From positions 7,523 through 71,522 of the forward strand of contig JBILQE010000011.1 in NCBI GenBank assembly GCA_044373465.1: 64,000 nt of DNA. The letters run 5' to 3'. The notes under the pieces are model-generated. The model did not search any database. It saw only the letters and a list, made by a program, of their open reading frames with translations, and was not told where the DNA came from. How positions within the stretch are numbered: position 1 is the first letter of the stretch; each line of letters opens with the position of its first letter. Shown piece by piece: positions 43,080-52,403 of the stretch. Origin of the DNA: Akkermansiaceae bacterium. GTDB lineage: Bacteria > Verrucomicrobiota > Verrucomicrobiia > Verrucomicrobiales > Akkermansiaceae. The position numbers and the translations under genes were made by a program.

Positions 43080-44513
43080 TTATCCAACCGAGCCTTCCAT
43101 CTCCAGATCGATGAGGCGCTTGAGTTCGACCGAGTACTCCATCGGGAACTCGCGCACGAGGTCGTTGATGAAGCCATTGACCGCGAGCGACATGGCCGCC
43201 GCTTCGGAGATTCCGCGCTGCTGCATGTAGAACAGCATTTCCTCGGAGACTTGGGAGACGGACGCCTCGTGCTGGGTCGCGTGCTGGTTGCCTTTGACGG
43301 TGATGGCCGGGTAGGTGTCGGTGCGGCTGTGGGAGTTGATCAGGAGCGCGTCGCACTCGGTGTTGTTGCGGCAACCCTTGAGGTGCTTCGGGATGTGGAC
43401 TTGGCCGCGGTAGGTCGCGCGCCCTTGGCCAACCGAGATGGATTTTGAAACGACGTTGGAGGTCGTTTCATCCGCGGCATGGATCATCTTGGCGCCGGTG
43501 TCCTGGTGCTGGCCGTCGTTGGCCAGGGCGATCGAGATGACCTCACCGCGGGCGCGGCGGCCCTTCATGATGACGCCCGGGTACTTCATCGTCAGGCGTG
43601 AGCCGATGTTGCAGTCGATCCAGCGGACTTCGGCGTCCTCCATCGCCAGACCGCGCTTGGTGACCAGGTTGAAGACATTGCTGCTCCAGTTCTGGACGGT
43701 GATGTACTGGATCTTGGCGCCCTTGAGGGCAACGAGCTCGACGACCGCGGAGTGCAGGGTGGCGGTCTCGAACTTCGGCGCGGTGCAGCCTTCCATGTAC
43801 ATCACCTCGGAGCCCTCGTCGGCGATGATGAGCGTGCGCTCAAACTGGCCAAAGTTCTCCGAGTTGATCCGGAAATATGCCTGGAGCGGGTGCTTCACCT
43901 TGACGCCCTTGGGGATGTAGATGAACGACCCGCCGGAGAACACCGCGCTGTTGAGGGCGGAGAACTTGTTGTCGCCCGTCGGGATGACCTTGCCGAACCA
44001 TGGGCGGAAGATCTCCTCGTGCTCGCGCAGCCCTTCGGTGGAGTTGACGAAAATCACGCCTTCCTTGGAGAGCGCTTCCTTCACGTTCGAGTAGGCGGCC
44101 TCGGAATCGTACTGGGCTTCAACGCCGGCCAGGAACTTCCGCTCCTGCTCCGGGATCCCGAGGCGCTCGAAGGTCTCCTTGATTTCATCCGGCACATCGT
44201 CCCACGAGCGCTTCGGCGCCTGGCCGTCGCTGAGGTAGTAGCGGATCTTGTCGAAGTCGATGTTCTCGAGGTCCTTGGTCGCCCAGTGGGTGGGCATTGG
44301 TTTTTCGCGGAACGCCTTGAGCGCCTTGTGGCGGAACTCGAGGAGCCACGGCGCCTCCTTCTTGACCTCCGAGATGTAGTCGATGGTCGCCTCGGTCAAA
44401 CCGACGCCGGCATCGAACTTGTGGCGTTCCGGAAACCGGAAGTCGCCCTTGCCGCGGTCGATCTCGATCGCGCTGCGGGTTTCGGCATCTAGCACTGGGG
44501 CTTCGTAGGACAT
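43080..44513 (-). CDS. sufB: Fe-S cluster assembly scaffold SufB
   Basis: 477 aa. ...[24 protein letters not shown]...[20 protein letters not shown]...[23 protein letters not shown]... is unmistakable SufB. Confidence 0.95.
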   Translation of the reverse strand: MSYEAPVLDAETRSAIEIDRGKGDFRFPERHKFDAGVGLTEATIDYISEVKKEAPWLLEFRHKALKAFREKPMPTHWATKDLENIDFDKIRYYLSDGQAPKRSWDDVPDEIKETFERLGIPEQERKFLAGVEAQYDSEAAYSNVKEALSKEGVIFVNSTEGLREHEEIFRPWFGKVIPTGDNKFSALNSAVFSGGSFIYIPKGVKVKHPLQAYFRINSENFGQFERTLIIADEGSEVMYMEGCTAPKFETATLHSAVVELVALKGAKIQYITVQNWSSNVFNLVTKRGLAMEDAEVRWIDCNIGSRLTMKYPGVIMKGRRARGEVISIALANDGQHQDTGAKMIHAADETTSNVVSKSISVGQGRATYRGQVHIPKHLKGCRNNTECDALLINSHSRTDTYPAITVKGNQHATQHEASVSQVSEEMLFYMQQRGISEAAAMSLAVNGFINDLVREFPMEYSVELKRLIDLEMEGSVG

Positions 44514-44551
44514 GGAAGTGGGTGGGTGGCCGCGGGTGCGGCGGGGTTTGG

Positions 44552-45307
44552 TCAGGCGTTTACAAGCGCCTCGTCTTTCAGGAAGTCGTAGCCTTTTTCC
44601 TCGAGTTCGAGGGCAAGTTCCGGGCCGCCGGAGCGGACGATCCGCCCCTCGGCCATGACGTGGACGTGGTCCGGCTTGATGTAGTCGAGCAGCCGCTGGT
44701 AGTGGGTGATGAGCAGGAAGCCGCGGGTGGGCGAGCGCATCTCGTTGACGCCCTTGGCGACGATCCGAAGCGCGTCGATATCGAGCCCGGAGTCGGTCTC
44801 GTCCAAGATAGCATACCCTGGCTCAAGCATCATGAGCTGGAGGATTTCGTTGCGCTTTTTTTCGCCGCCGGAGAACCCTTCGTTGACCGCGCGGGCGGTG
44901 AACTTGCGGTCCATCTCGAGGATGTCCATCTTGGCGTAGAGCTCCTTGTAGAAAGCGACGGCGTCAATTTCCTCGCCCTTCGGCAGGCGTGCCTGGCGCG
45001 CGGCGCGGAGGAAGTTCGCGTTGGAAACTCCGGGGACTTCTGCCGGATATTGGAAGGCGAGGAAGATCCCGGCGCGCGAGCGTTCATCGACCGACATCGC
45101 CAGCAGGTCGAGCCCGTCCATCGTCACCGAGCCACCGGTCACCTCGTAGCTCTCGTGGCCGGCAATGATTTTCGAGAGCGTCGACTTCCCGGACCCGTTC
45201 GGGCCCATGATCGCGTGCACCTCGCCGCGGGGGATTTCCAGGTTGACCCCTTTGAGGATCTCGGTTTCGCCGATGCGGGCGTGCAGGTCGTGGATCAGTA
45301 GGCTCAT
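44552..45307 (-). CDS. sufC: Fe-S cluster assembly ATPase SufC
   Basis: [44 protein letters not shown]...[36 protein letters not shown]... Confidence 0.95.
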   Translation of the reverse strand: MSLLIHDLHARIGETEILKGVNLEIPRGEVHAIMGPNGSGKSTLSKIIAGHESYEVTGGSVTMDGLDLLAMSVDERSRAGIFLAFQYPAEVPGVSNANFLRAARQARLPKGEEIDAVAFYKELYAKMDILEMDRKFTARAVNEGFSGGEKKRNEILQLMMLEPGYAILDETDSGLDIDALRIVAKGVNEMRSPTRGFLLITHYQRLLDYIKPDHVHVMAEGRIVRSGGPELALELEEKGYDFLKDEALVNA

Positions 45308-45337
45308 GAAAGTTGCTCAGGGTGAAAGGTTGCTCGG

Positions 45338-45763
45338 CTAGGCGCTCGGCAGCTTGCCGCGCAGGGTGATCTCGACGTGCTCGATGACCGCGCCCTCGGG
45401 AAGGATGATGAAGTCGGAAAGTTCCACGCCCGGCTTGAAGACCACGTCGTGGATCGTGTTGCTCGCGAGGTCGTGGAAATGCCCGTGCTCGGTCAGGTTC
45501 GGGCAGTAGCGCGACGGCCCGCGCTCAAAGTTGACCTGCCGGACGAGCCGGTGCTGGACCAACGCTTCCAGGCAGTTGTAGACCGTCGCCAGGGACACCG
45601 AGGGGAGCCCCTCCTTGACCTTCATGAACACGTCGTTGGCCGTCGGGTGGTCGAGATCCCGATTCAGCACCCGGAACACCTCGCGGCGCTGCCGGGTCAT
45701 GCGCAAGCCACCCACCGCTTCGAGCGGCCCGTGGGAATCCGAATGATGCTCGTGGTTGACCAT
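45338..45763 (-). CDS. Fur-family metalloregulator
   Basis: ...RMTRQRREVFRVL....HPTANDVFMKVKE..PSVSLATVYNCLEALVQHRLVRQVNF... is a winged helix, followed by the ...EHGHFHD... metal site. The N-terminal MVNHEHHSDSHG is His-rich. No CxxC pairs are present. Confidence 0.8.
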   Translation of the reverse strand: MVNHEHHSDSHGPLEAVGGLRMTRQRREVFRVLNRDLDHPTANDVFMKVKEGLPSVSLATVYNCLEALVQHRLVRQVNFERGPSRYCPNLTEHGHFHDLASNTIHDVVFKPGVELSDFIILPEGAVIEHVEITLRGKLPSA

Positions 45764-45801
45764 GACGGCGGCAACCTAGGCGACCACCGGCCGGTTTCAA
45801 G

Positions 45802-45820
45802 AATAATTCTAATTTTAATT
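45802..45820. promoter_or_regulatory. AT-rich Fur-box-like site / promoter upstream of the fur-suf operon
   Basis: aataattctaattttaatt is an isolated AT block in GC-rich DNA, 39-57 nt upstream of the fur-like ATG. By my own alignment it matches GATAATGATAATCATTATC at 12 of 19 positions. On the coding strand it reads as three AATTAN hexamers and contains a TAGAAT -10-like hexamer. Confidence 0.4.
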
Positions 45821-46113
45821 CCAGATCTTTCCCGCGAGCGTGGACGCAATGGCGGGTCGTGGGGGAATTGGCAAGCCAAGAGCGCGGCCCATGATGCTTT
45901 GCGCGGGCGGAACCGCGTTGCGGTTCTAATAGCTTGCTGGCGGATCCCAGGGTAGGCCGCATTCGGCCAACCCTGGGCTGAAGGGCGCAAGCCCGCTGGG
46001 CTTGGGAGCGTCCTTCGGCCGGGTTGCGCCGCCCGCGCGGAACCAGCCGGCGCGGCGTGACGGACCGATGAACCGGCTTGCTGGAGCGGTAGAAAAAACA
46101 AGGCTGTCGGCCT

Positions 46114-46482
46114 ATGGCACCCGATTTTGCAAAGATATTTTTCGATGGTGGGCCGGTGATGATCTTGGTCGCGCTGGCGACCCTGGCGTGGGTTGCCGCG
46201 ATGGTGGTGTGCTTGCTGTGGAAATGGCCGTATGCGAAGCGCTTGGCGGTGATGGCGGTGTTTCCGCTGGCGTTTGTGATCCTTGGAGCGCTGAAGGCGG
46301 CGCTCAACGAGCACGCCGCGGCGCTCTATGGCATCCGGTACGGCCTGGTCGACCCGGGAATGTATTATGAAGATTTGTTGGCAGCGAGCCGTTCGAGCAT
46401 GATGATCCTGGCCATGGCCGGGTTATCAATGCTGGTGTTCGTGGTCGGGTGCTTTCTGCCGCTCGGCGCGGAAAAAAAGTAA
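46114..46482 (+). CDS. Small integral membrane protein (hypothetical)
   Basis: 122 aa with 3-4 clear hydrophobic segments (ILVALATLAWVAAMVVCLL, LAVMAVFPLAFVILGAL, MMILAMAGLSMLVFVVGCFL). No family recognised. Confidence 0.5.
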   Translation: MAPDFAKIFFDGGPVMILVALATLAWVAAMVVCLLWKWPYAKRLAVMAVFPLAFVILGALKAALNEHAAALYGIRYGLVDPGMYYEDLLAASRSSMMILAMAGLSMLVFVVGCFLPLGAEKK

Positions 46483-46557
46483 CCTTGCCCGGCGTCCCGC
46501 GCCGGAGCTCCCACGAGCGCGCGCTGCCGTCGCGCTTCCCACCCTTGGTGTCCGCGC

Positions 46558-47403
46558 TTACGCCAGCGCCTTGCGGAGGAATTTGACGCCGTTGATGGCG
46601 ATGTCTTCGCGGCGGGGTTCCATCATGCGCCAGATCGAGGCGGCCTTGGCGATGACGAGGACGTCCGGGGTGAACGACTCGATGACGACGTGGCCGTCAA
46701 AGCCGACCTCCTTGAGGGCGGCGGCGATCGAGACCCAGTCGGTGTGGTCGCCGCCGGGAGTCCCGCGGTCGCTGCCGCAGGCGTGGAAGTGTTTGAGGTG
46801 CTTGCCGGCGCGGCGGATGGCGGCGGCCGAGTGTTTTTCCTCGATGTTCATGTGGAACGTGTCGAGGTGGACGCTGAGCGCCGGGCTGGCGACATCGGCA
46901 ACCATCTGGAGCGCTTGGTCGCAGGTGTTGATGAAGTCGGTCTCGAAGCGGTTGAGTGGCTCGAGGCAGATTTGGATCCCTTTTTCCTGGGCGTAGGCGC
47001 AGACGGTTTTGAGGTTCTTGACCACGCTGGCCCACTGGGCCGGGCGTTCCTCGTCAGGGACATACTCGGCGCGGCCGACAGCCGAGTAGACCGGGCCGAT
47101 GATGCTCGGGCAGCCGAGGACGACGGCGGCGTCGATGAGGCCTTTTTGGTAGGTGATGGAGATTTGCTGTTGTTCCTCGGTCCCGCGGAGGTCGCGGTCC
47201 GGGCCGAAGGCGCCGCAGATCGACCCGCAGACGAGGCCGTTGCGCTCGAGCTCGGCCTTGACGAAGGCCGGGTCGATGTGGCTCGGGTCCTCAAGGGCGA
47301 TCTCGACGGAGTCGAAGCCCCATTCCTTGAACTGGGGGAACAACGCGGTGCTCTCGTTGGTGAACGGGGAGGCGAAGAGAAAGGTGTTGATGCCGATTTT
47401 CAT
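46558..47403 (-). CDS. Sugar phosphate isomerase/epimerase (xylose-isomerase-like TIM barrel; ketose 3-epimerase-like)
   Basis: MKIGINTFLF...WGFDSVEIAL...ICLEPLNRFETDFINT...VHLDTFHMNIEE...HFHACGSDRGTPG...; colinear with the AP_endonuc_2 / D-tagatose-psicose 3-epimerase family. Confidence 0.8.
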   Translation of the reverse strand: MKIGINTFLFASPFTNESTALFPQFKEWGFDSVEIALEDPSHIDPAFVKAELERNGLVCGSICGAFGPDRDLRGTEEQQQISITYQKGLIDAAVVLGCPSIIGPVYSAVGRAEYVPDEERPAQWASVVKNLKTVCAYAQEKGIQICLEPLNRFETDFINTCDQALQMVADVASPALSVHLDTFHMNIEEKHSAAAIRRAGKHLKHFHACGSDRGTPGGDHTDWVSIAAALKEVGFDGHVVIESFTPDVLVIAKAASIWRMMEPRREDIAINGVKFLRKALA

Positions 47404-47549
47404 GAGGACTGGTGTTTGGTGGCCGGATGAATTCCCGGCATGCGCGGAGGATTCCCAAACGAGCGGGGTCGGTCAACACCGCGGTTTGGCGGCGGATTGG
47501 CCAGCTATCCCCTTGAATTTGATGGCGGTGGCGAGTCAGCTAGCGGCGG

Positions 47550-48851
47550 ATGAGCGCAGCGGAAGAACAGGTGGTGATTGTCGGCGGCGGGCCGGCCGGC
47601 TGCACCCTGGCGGCGCTGTTGGCGATGCGGGGGATAGCGGTGGTCGTTTGCGATGACGAGAAGCGGCCGGAGTTGTTGGTCGGCGAGTCGCTGCTGCCCA
47701 CGGTGGTGGCGGTGTTGCGGCGGCTGGGGATCGAGGAGCGGGCGGCGGCGTTCTGCGAGCGCAAGCCGGGCGTCGGGCTCATCGACGCATTTGGCGGGCG
47801 GGTCGACTTCCAGTTTCCGGCCGGCGCGTTCGGCGACCTGCCAAATTACGCGTACAACGTCCCGCGGCCGCAATTCGACGACCTGCTGCGGGCGCGGGCG
47901 GTCGAGCTGGGTGTCCGGTTTGTCAGCCACCGGGCGGTGGTCGTGGTCGGCGGTCCGGGTGAGCCGGAGCTGGTCCTCAGCGCGGCGAGCCAGGAGGCGC
48001 TTGGGCTCGGGCGGCGGCCGGCATTGCTGGTCGATGCGACCGGGCGGGCGCGGACATTTGCGCGGGCGCTCGGGGTCGGCGCGCGCCGCGGGAAGCGCAA
48101 CGATGTTGCGTATTTCGCCCATTTTGAGGATTTCAAAGACGATTCGAACCAGCCCGGGCAGGTCGTCATCAGCGTGCTTGAGCGCGGCTGGTCGTGGCGG
48201 ATCCCGCTCCCCGGGCGGCTCTCGGTTGGGGTGGTCATCCCGGTGGCGCGGGCCCGCGAGCTGGGCGCAACCGCGGCGGAACGGCTCACGAACCTCATCG
48301 AGCTTGAGCCGGTGTTGCGGGCCGCCGGAGCGCGCGCGCGGCGCGTCAGCGAGGTGATGACCTACACGAACTACCAGCTCATCTCCGAGCGCGGCCATGG
48401 CCCCGGCTGGGTGATGGCCGGGGATGCCTATGGATTTGTCGACCCGATGCTTTCCCCGGGGCTGTTCATGGCCATGGAGTCGGCCACCTTGCTTGACCGC
48501 TTGGTGTTTGCCGGCGGTCCCGCGGTGCTCGCCGACCCGGCCCGCTGCGCCGCCGGGTTTGACCGCTACGTCGCGGAGCTGGAAGCGTGGCACACCGCAT
48601 GGGCCGAGCTGATCGAGTACTTTTACGACGGGAGGATTTTCTCGCTCGCCGAGGCCGGTAGGAAAATCCGCGCCGCCTCGGCAGCCAACGGGCTCATCGC
48701 CCGCTTCGACCGGCTCCTGACCCGCCAGATCGCGGGGATGGCCGCCGGCGTCTGGACCCGCCGGCGGATTAGCCGCCACCTGCTGAGGTTCTTTGCCCAG
48801 TACATGCTCCGGGATGTCCGCGAGCCGGCCGAGTATGCGATCCCTTCCTGA
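47550..48851 (+). CDS. FAD-dependent enzyme with flavin-dependent halogenase motifs
   Basis: N-terminal VVIVGGGPAGCTLAALLA...VVVCDDE...LVGESLLP is a GxGxxG dinucleotide fold, and an internal ERGWSWRIPLPG matches WxWxIP. Confidence 0.7.
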   Translation: MSAAEEQVVIVGGGPAGCTLAALLAMRGIAVVVCDDEKRPELLVGESLLPTVVAVLRRLGIEERAAAFCERKPGVGLIDAFGGRVDFQFPAGAFGDLPNYAYNVPRPQFDDLLRARAVELGVRFVSHRAVVVVGGPGEPELVLSAASQEALGLGRRPALLVDATGRARTFARALGVGARRGKRNDVAYFAHFEDFKDDSNQPGQVVISVLERGWSWRIPLPGRLSVGVVIPVARARELGATAAERLTNLIELEPVLRAAGARARRVSEVMTYTNYQLISERGHGPGWVMAGDAYGFVDPMLSPGLFMAMESATLLDRLVFAGGPAVLADPARCAAGFDRYVAELEAWHTAWAELIEYFYDGRIFSLAEAGRKIRAASAANGLIARFDRLLTRQIAGMAAGVWTRRRISRHLLRFFAQYMLRDVREPAEYAIPS

Positions 48852-48854
48852 GGG

Positions 48855-49066
48855 CGTAGCGAACTTTCCACGTAGCGAACTTCGGGAAAAGTTCGGCGGG
48901 GCGAACTGTCTGCCGCCAGAACGCCCGGACGCGCCAGGGACTTCCCGCCGTCCCCCGCCGAAGCTCTCACGAGCTTCGCTACCGAACGCCTCAACGCGTT
49001 AGGGATTCCCGCCGTCCTCCGCCGAAGCTCTCACGAGCTTCGGTGCCAGAGCACGAGCTTCGCTAC
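48855..49066 (+). repeat. REP-A element copy g (one full unit plus a partial duplicated 3' module)
   Basis: cGTAGCGAACTTtccacGTAGCGAACTTcgggaAAAGTTCGGCGGGGcgaactgtCTGCCGCCAGAACGCCCGgacgcgccagGGACTTCCCGCCGTCCCCCGCCGAAGCTCTCACGAGCTTCGCTAC, then ...GGGATTCCCGCCGTCCTCCGCCGAAGCTCTCACGAGCTTCGg...GAGCTTCGCTAC. It overlaps the rlmN stop codon. Confidence 0.9.
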
Positions 49067-50157
49067 CGCAGCTTGATCGGCGCTTCGATGATGCCCTCGG
49101 CGGTTTCTTGTTTGAGGCGGAGTTGGCCGCAGGCGGCGGCGATGTCGTGACCTTTTTCGAGGCGGAGGGAGGCGAAGTTCCCTGACCCGCGGACGATGTC
49201 GGCGAACGTGCGGCAGTGGACGGCGGGCGGGCGCTTCCACGGGAGTCCCTCGACGGTGTTGTAGGGGATCAGGTTGACCTTGGCGCGCAGTGAGCGGGCA
49301 AGTTTGGCGAGGATCCGCGCCTGGTCGAGCGAGTCGTTGACCCCGTCGATGAGGATATACTCAAAGGTGATCTTTTGCTTCTTCTTTGACGACCAGTAGT
49401 GGAGCGCGTCCATCAGCTCGGCGACCGGCCACTTTTTGTTGATCGGCATGATCCGGTTGCGGACCTCGTCGGTGGCGCCGTGGAGCGAGATGGCCAGGCG
49501 GATCTGGCGCGGGTTCTCGGCGAGCTCGCGGATTTGCGGGACGAGTCCGGAGGTCGAGATCGTCAGGTGGCGCGCGCCGATGTTGAGGCCCCACGGCGAG
49601 GTGATGATCTCGATGGCCTTGAGGAGGTTGGGGAGGTTCGCGAGCGGTTCGCCCATGCCCATGAAGACGAGGTTGTTGACCTTCTCGCCGGAGAGCGCCT
49701 CGGCCATCAGGATCTGGCTGGTGATCTCATCGGCGGTCAGATTGCGGGTGAAGCCGGCCAACCCGGAGGCGCAGAATTTGCAGCCAAACGCGCAGCCGAC
49801 CTGGGAGGAAACGCAGAGGGTCCGGCGGTCGGCGCTTTCGCCGTAGAGCGCCGGGTTTGCGGGGATCAGGACCGCCTCGACATAGCGGCCGTCATGGAGG
49901 CGGAAGAGGTATTTGAACGTGGTGTCCTGGGAGCCGGTCTCCCCGGCGGCGACGAGCGTCTGGAGCCGGAACCTGCGGGCCAGCGACTCGCGCAAGGCGG
50001 CGGGCAGGTTGGTCATCTCTGCAAAGGTCGCGGCGCGGCGCTGGTAGACCCAGTCGAGGACCTGTTTCGCGCGGTATGCGGGCTGCCCTTCCTCGGCGAG
50101 GATGGCGGCGACTTCATCGGCAGTCAGGCCGGTCAGGGCGGGCAGCGGGGCGGACAC
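49063..50157 (-). CDS. rlmN: 23S rRNA/tRNA (adenine-C2)-methyltransferase RlmN (radical SAM)
   Basis: ...YRAKQVLDWVYQR..., ...CVSSQVGCAFGCKFCASG..., ...MGMGEPLAN..., ...ISLHG... are colinear with RlmN. Confidence 0.9.
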   Translation of the reverse strand: MSAPLPALTGLTADEVAAILAEEGQPAYRAKQVLDWVYQRRAATFAEMTNLPAALRESLARRFRLQTLVAAGETGSQDTTFKYLFRLHDGRYVEAVLIPANPALYGESADRRTLCVSSQVGCAFGCKFCASGLAGFTRNLTADEITSQILMAEALSGEKVNNLVFMGMGEPLANLPNLLKAIEIITSPWGLNIGARHLTISTSGLVPQIRELAENPRQIRLAISLHGATDEVRNRIMPINKKWPVAELMDALHYWSSKKKQKITFEYILIDGVNDSLDQARILAKLARSLRAKVNLIPYNTVEGLPWKRPPAVHCRTFADIVRGSGNFASLRLEKGHDIAAACGQLRLKQETAEGIIEAPIKLR

Positions 50158-50254
50158 GGGGGCAAGCTAGCGCGGCGGCGGCGGTTTGGCACGGGGAAAC
50201 GGGCCGGGATTTTTTTGCGTGCCGGGCTGCCGGCAACCCGCTTCGATTGGCGCC

Positions 50255-50659
50255 GTGATCGAGGTTGTTTGCGCATTGGTTGAGGACGGCCGCGGGCGGG
50301 TGCTTGCCTGTTGCCGCGGGCCGGGGCGGGCGCTTGCCGGCCAATGGGAGTTTCCCGGCGGCAAGGTGGAGCCACAGGAGGATGCCCAACTGGCGCTGGT
50401 CCGCGAGATCCGCGAGGAACTCGGCTGCAGCGTCCATCTCGTCGAGCCGCTCACCCCGGTCGAACACCACTACCCGGAGGTCCACATCCGCTTGCTGCCG
50501 TGGCGCGCCGCGCTTCTCGACGGCTCAGTCCCAGAGGCCCGCGAGCACGCCGAGCTCCGCTGGGTCGGCGCGGTGGATGGCGAGGGCCTCGCCTGGGCGC
50601 CCGCGGACGTCCCGGTTTGGCGCGAGTGGTGCTCCCGCCAGGCGCGCCACGGGTGCTAG
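50255..50659 (+). CDS. NUDIX hydrolase (MutT/CTP pyrophosphohydrolase-like)
   Basis: Nudix box GQWEFPGGKVEPQEDAQLALVREIREELG. The start is uncertain: GTG at 50255 is taken, and the ORF begins at TTG 50186. Confidence 0.78.
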   Translation: MIEVVCALVEDGRGRVLACCRGPGRALAGQWEFPGGKVEPQEDAQLALVREIREELGCSVHLVEPLTPVEHHYPEVHIRLLPWRAALLDGSVPEAREHAELRWVGAVDGEGLAWAPADVPVWREWCSRQARHGC

Positions 50660-51378
50660 AACCCGTCGGCCAGGCGCAGCGCGAGCATTTCCGGGAGCCC
50701 GGCGGCGAGGATCTTCCCCTGGGCTTTTTCAACGTCATACTCGAGCCGGCGGAACGTCACCGTGCGCGTCGGCAGGTCGTAGATCGCGTAGCACGCGCGC
50801 CAGTCGCCATCGCGCGGCTGGCCGACCGAGCCGACGTTGATGAAGTATTTCGACCCGTCCTGGATGGTCACCGGATCGGCCGGAATCTGTTGGACCTTCT
50901 GGCCCTTGATGAACACCCGCGGGACGTGGGTGTGGCCGTGGAAGCAGACCTGGGTGAACTGGTAGGAGAAGTTCGACATCGCGTCGAACTTGTTGGTCAC
51001 GTAGTTCCAGCTTTGCGGCTGGTCGAGGGTCGAGTGAACGATGGTAAAGTCGGCGACTTGGCGGACCATCCGGAGCTTTGCCAGCCAGGCGCGCTGTTCC
51101 TCGCTGAGGTGCTCGCGCGTCCAGCGCAACGCCTGGGCGGCGACCGGATTCATCAGGTCGAGCGAGTGGTCGCCGGCGGCGTCTTCGTCGTGGTTCCCTT
51201 TGACCACCGGGCAGGCCATCTCGCGGATGATCTCCAGGCACGCGCTTGGGTCGGCATTGTAACCAACGATGTCTCCCAGGCAGACATAGTCGCTGCAATT
51301 CTGGGACGACGCATCCCCGAGGACCGCTTCTAGGGCCTCGAGGTTGGCGTGGATATCACCGAAAAGCGCGACTCGCAT
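50656..51378 (-). CDS. Metallophosphoesterase (YfcE/MJ0936-like)
   Basis: MRVALFGDIHANLEALEAVL...YVCLGDIVGYNADP...VKGNHDE...GHTH... are the canonical calcineurin-like motifs. Confidence 0.85.
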   Translation of the reverse strand: MRVALFGDIHANLEALEAVLGDASSQNCSDYVCLGDIVGYNADPSACLEIIREMACPVVKGNHDEDAAGDHSLDLMNPVAAQALRWTREHLSEEQRAWLAKLRMVRQVADFTIVHSTLDQPQSWNYVTNKFDAMSNFSYQFTQVCFHGHTHVPRVFIKGQKVQQIPADPVTIQDGSKYFINVGSVGQPRDGDWRACYAIYDLPTRTVTFRRLEYDVEKAQGKILAAGLPEMLALRLADGF

Positions 51379-51476
51379 GGAAACCGGTTTGGGGAAAGGT
51401 GGGGAAGCATTAGAGTCCGTCGCCGTGGGTGTCGAGTGAAACTCCTGCCATGGCGAGGGCGGCGGCGGCCTGATTG

Positions 51477-52403
51477 TTAGGGTGACTTGACAAAGATGCT
51501 TTCGGCGGGAGGGACGCCGAGGGATTGTTCGAGCTCGGTGAGTGCCTGGCGGACCCCGTCCATCGGCGCGCCCCTGGCGCGGTTGAGCCAGTAGGTGCAG
51601 AGGCTCTGGTAGGCCAGCGCGGGGGTCGGGTGGAGTTCGGCAAGCGAATGGCGCTCGGCGGGCGGGACATCCGGGTGGTGTTCCAGGGCGTAGAGGTGGG
51701 CAAGGAGGTTCGGGACGCGGTGGACGCCGTCGGGATGGGAGAAGAGGTCGCGTGCCATGGCCAGCGCCTGTTGGCGGCGCAGCGGGTGGCGCGCGACCAG
51801 GTAGAGATGCTGGCGGGCGACGTGCTCCGGGACGCGCGGCCGGCTCACGGCAAGGTCCATCCAGGCGACGGCGGCGTCCAAGTCGGGGAGCTTGGCTGGG
51901 TCGTCGTAGATTCCGGCGAGTTGGTAGGGGATTTCCCAGCTGTCGGGGTTGTTGTCAGCGCCCCGCTTGAGGAATCCTATACCCCTCTGGATGAACGACC
52001 GGCGGAGTTCAGCACGGCGTGGCGCGGGGAGTTCCGAGTCCTCCCGGTAGAACGATGCGGCATTGGTGGCCATGTGCCAGCCGCCGCTTTGCCAGTAGGA
52101 AACGGTGCGCGGAGCCAGGGTGGTGATGGTGTCGTAGGTGTCGGCGACGCGGGTCCAGTCCTGTTCCTGGAACGCGGCGTGGGCGCGGATGTTCTGGAAG
52201 GCCGCAACGATCGTCCGCAGCCCGCCAAGGGCAACCGCCGCGCTGGTCTGCCCGAGCTTCGCCTGGGTCCCCACGTCGAGTGGCTTGAGGAGCAGCCCGC
52301 GGTCCCGCATGGCGCTCGTCAGGGCGATCTCGAACGGCAGGCGCAGGACCCCGAGGACGACCACGGCGGCGGCGAGGACCAGCACTGGAGGGACGCGGAT
52401 CAT
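51477..52403 (-). CDS. Hypothetical N-terminally anchored helical-repeat protein, coupled to the ABC-2 exporter
   Basis: 308 aa with one N-terminal TM (VPPVLVLAAAVVVLGVL), then helix-rich, TPR-like sequence. Its start codon directly abuts the upstream permease stop (52403/52404). Confidence 0.55.
   Translation of the reverse strand: MIRVPPVLVLAAAVVVLGVLRLPFEIALTSAMRDRGLLLKPLDVGTQAKLGQTSAAVALGGLRTIVAAFQNIRAHAAFQEQDWTRVADTYDTITTLAPRTVSYWQSGGWHMATNAASFYREDSELPAPRRAELRRSFIQRGIGFLKRGADNNPDSWEIPYQLAGIYDDPAKLPDLDAAVAWMDLAVSRPRVPEHVARQHLYLVARHPLRRQQALAMARDLFSHPDGVHRVPNLLAHLYALEHHPDVPPAERHSLAELHPTPALAYQSLCTYWLNRARGAPMDGVRQALTELEQSLGVPPAESIFVKSP

Noticed and set aside
42877-43374. 165-aa ORF overlapping the 3' end of sufB.
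   Set aside because: Only its last 62 codons (from the ATG at 43065) form the HicB-like protein. The upstream part is the antisense/alternate frame of sufB and is Arg/Pro-rich.
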